This document shows, piece after piece, positions 63,943-64,000 of a DNA stretch of 64,000 nt. The notes under the pieces are model-generated. The model saw nothing but the letters and a program-made list of their open reading frames with translations. It did no database searches and was not told the DNA's origin. This DNA is from Planctomycetia bacterium (GTDB lineage Bacteria; Planctomycetota; Planctomycetia; Pirellulales; UBA1268), in contig JBAXUY010000002.1 in assembly GCA_037129475.1 (NCBI GenBank), positions 50,170 to 114,169 of the forward strand, written 5' to 3'. Position 1 is the first letter of the stretch, and each line of letters starts with the position of its first letter. A program made the translations under genes and the position numbers.

Positions 63943-64000
63943 GGACGTTGAAACGACGGAGAATCGAGCCGCAGGAAAACCCGAATCCTACCCACCCGGT

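Noticed and set aside
1-64000. Search for tRNA, rRNA or tmRNA genes, CRISPR arrays, and integrase, transposase or toxin-antitoxin genes.
   Set aside because: I saw no T-loop or cloverleaf-like segment in the intergenic regions by eye. None of the ORFs shows recombinase, Cas or toxin-antitoxin signatures. A proper tRNAscan or Infernal run would be needed to be certain.

Overview
Very GC-rich chromosomal window, about 55 protein genes, densely packed with many ATGA start/stop overlaps. No tRNA, rRNA, CRISPR array, transposase or integrase was recognised. All calls rest on motif recognition and manual translation; no database search was run. Gene content points to Planctomycetota: a DUF1559 prepilin-type protein, a DUF1592/DUF1552 pair, DUF1080, a sulfatase, Fhc/Fwd-type C1 genes and a PEP-CTERM giant protein. 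Housekeeping genes include fba, kdsD-kdsC, hpt, scpA, hemW, pntAA-pntAB-pntB, rplM-rpsI, proB, three tandem Hsp20 genes and several transporters. Main second-look items: (1) a giant surface protein of about 3,700 aa (signal peptide at the N-terminus, PEP-CTERM at the C-terminus) is split into two ORFs at a G8 homopolymer, and one extra G restores a single frame. (2) The 11.9 kb segment carrying that gene is bracketed by direct repeats of about 165 bp, made of the hemW 3' end plus a palindromic element, with a 90 bp perfect core; this is island-like but has no integrase. (3) A two-hairpin REP-like element of about 54 bp with GTAG...CTAC ends occurs at 7 intergenic loci, shows compensatory stem changes, and often supplies the stop codons of flanking genes. 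(4) A larger structured intergenic element of about 180 bp is present twice, with covarying long-range stem arms. (5) kdsD-kdsC is followed by a 1,043 aa membrane-anchored multi-module protein in the position normally held by lptC/lptA. (6) A stand-alone dehydratase-ACP-dehydratase-ketosynthase cluster carries an unusually long ACP.
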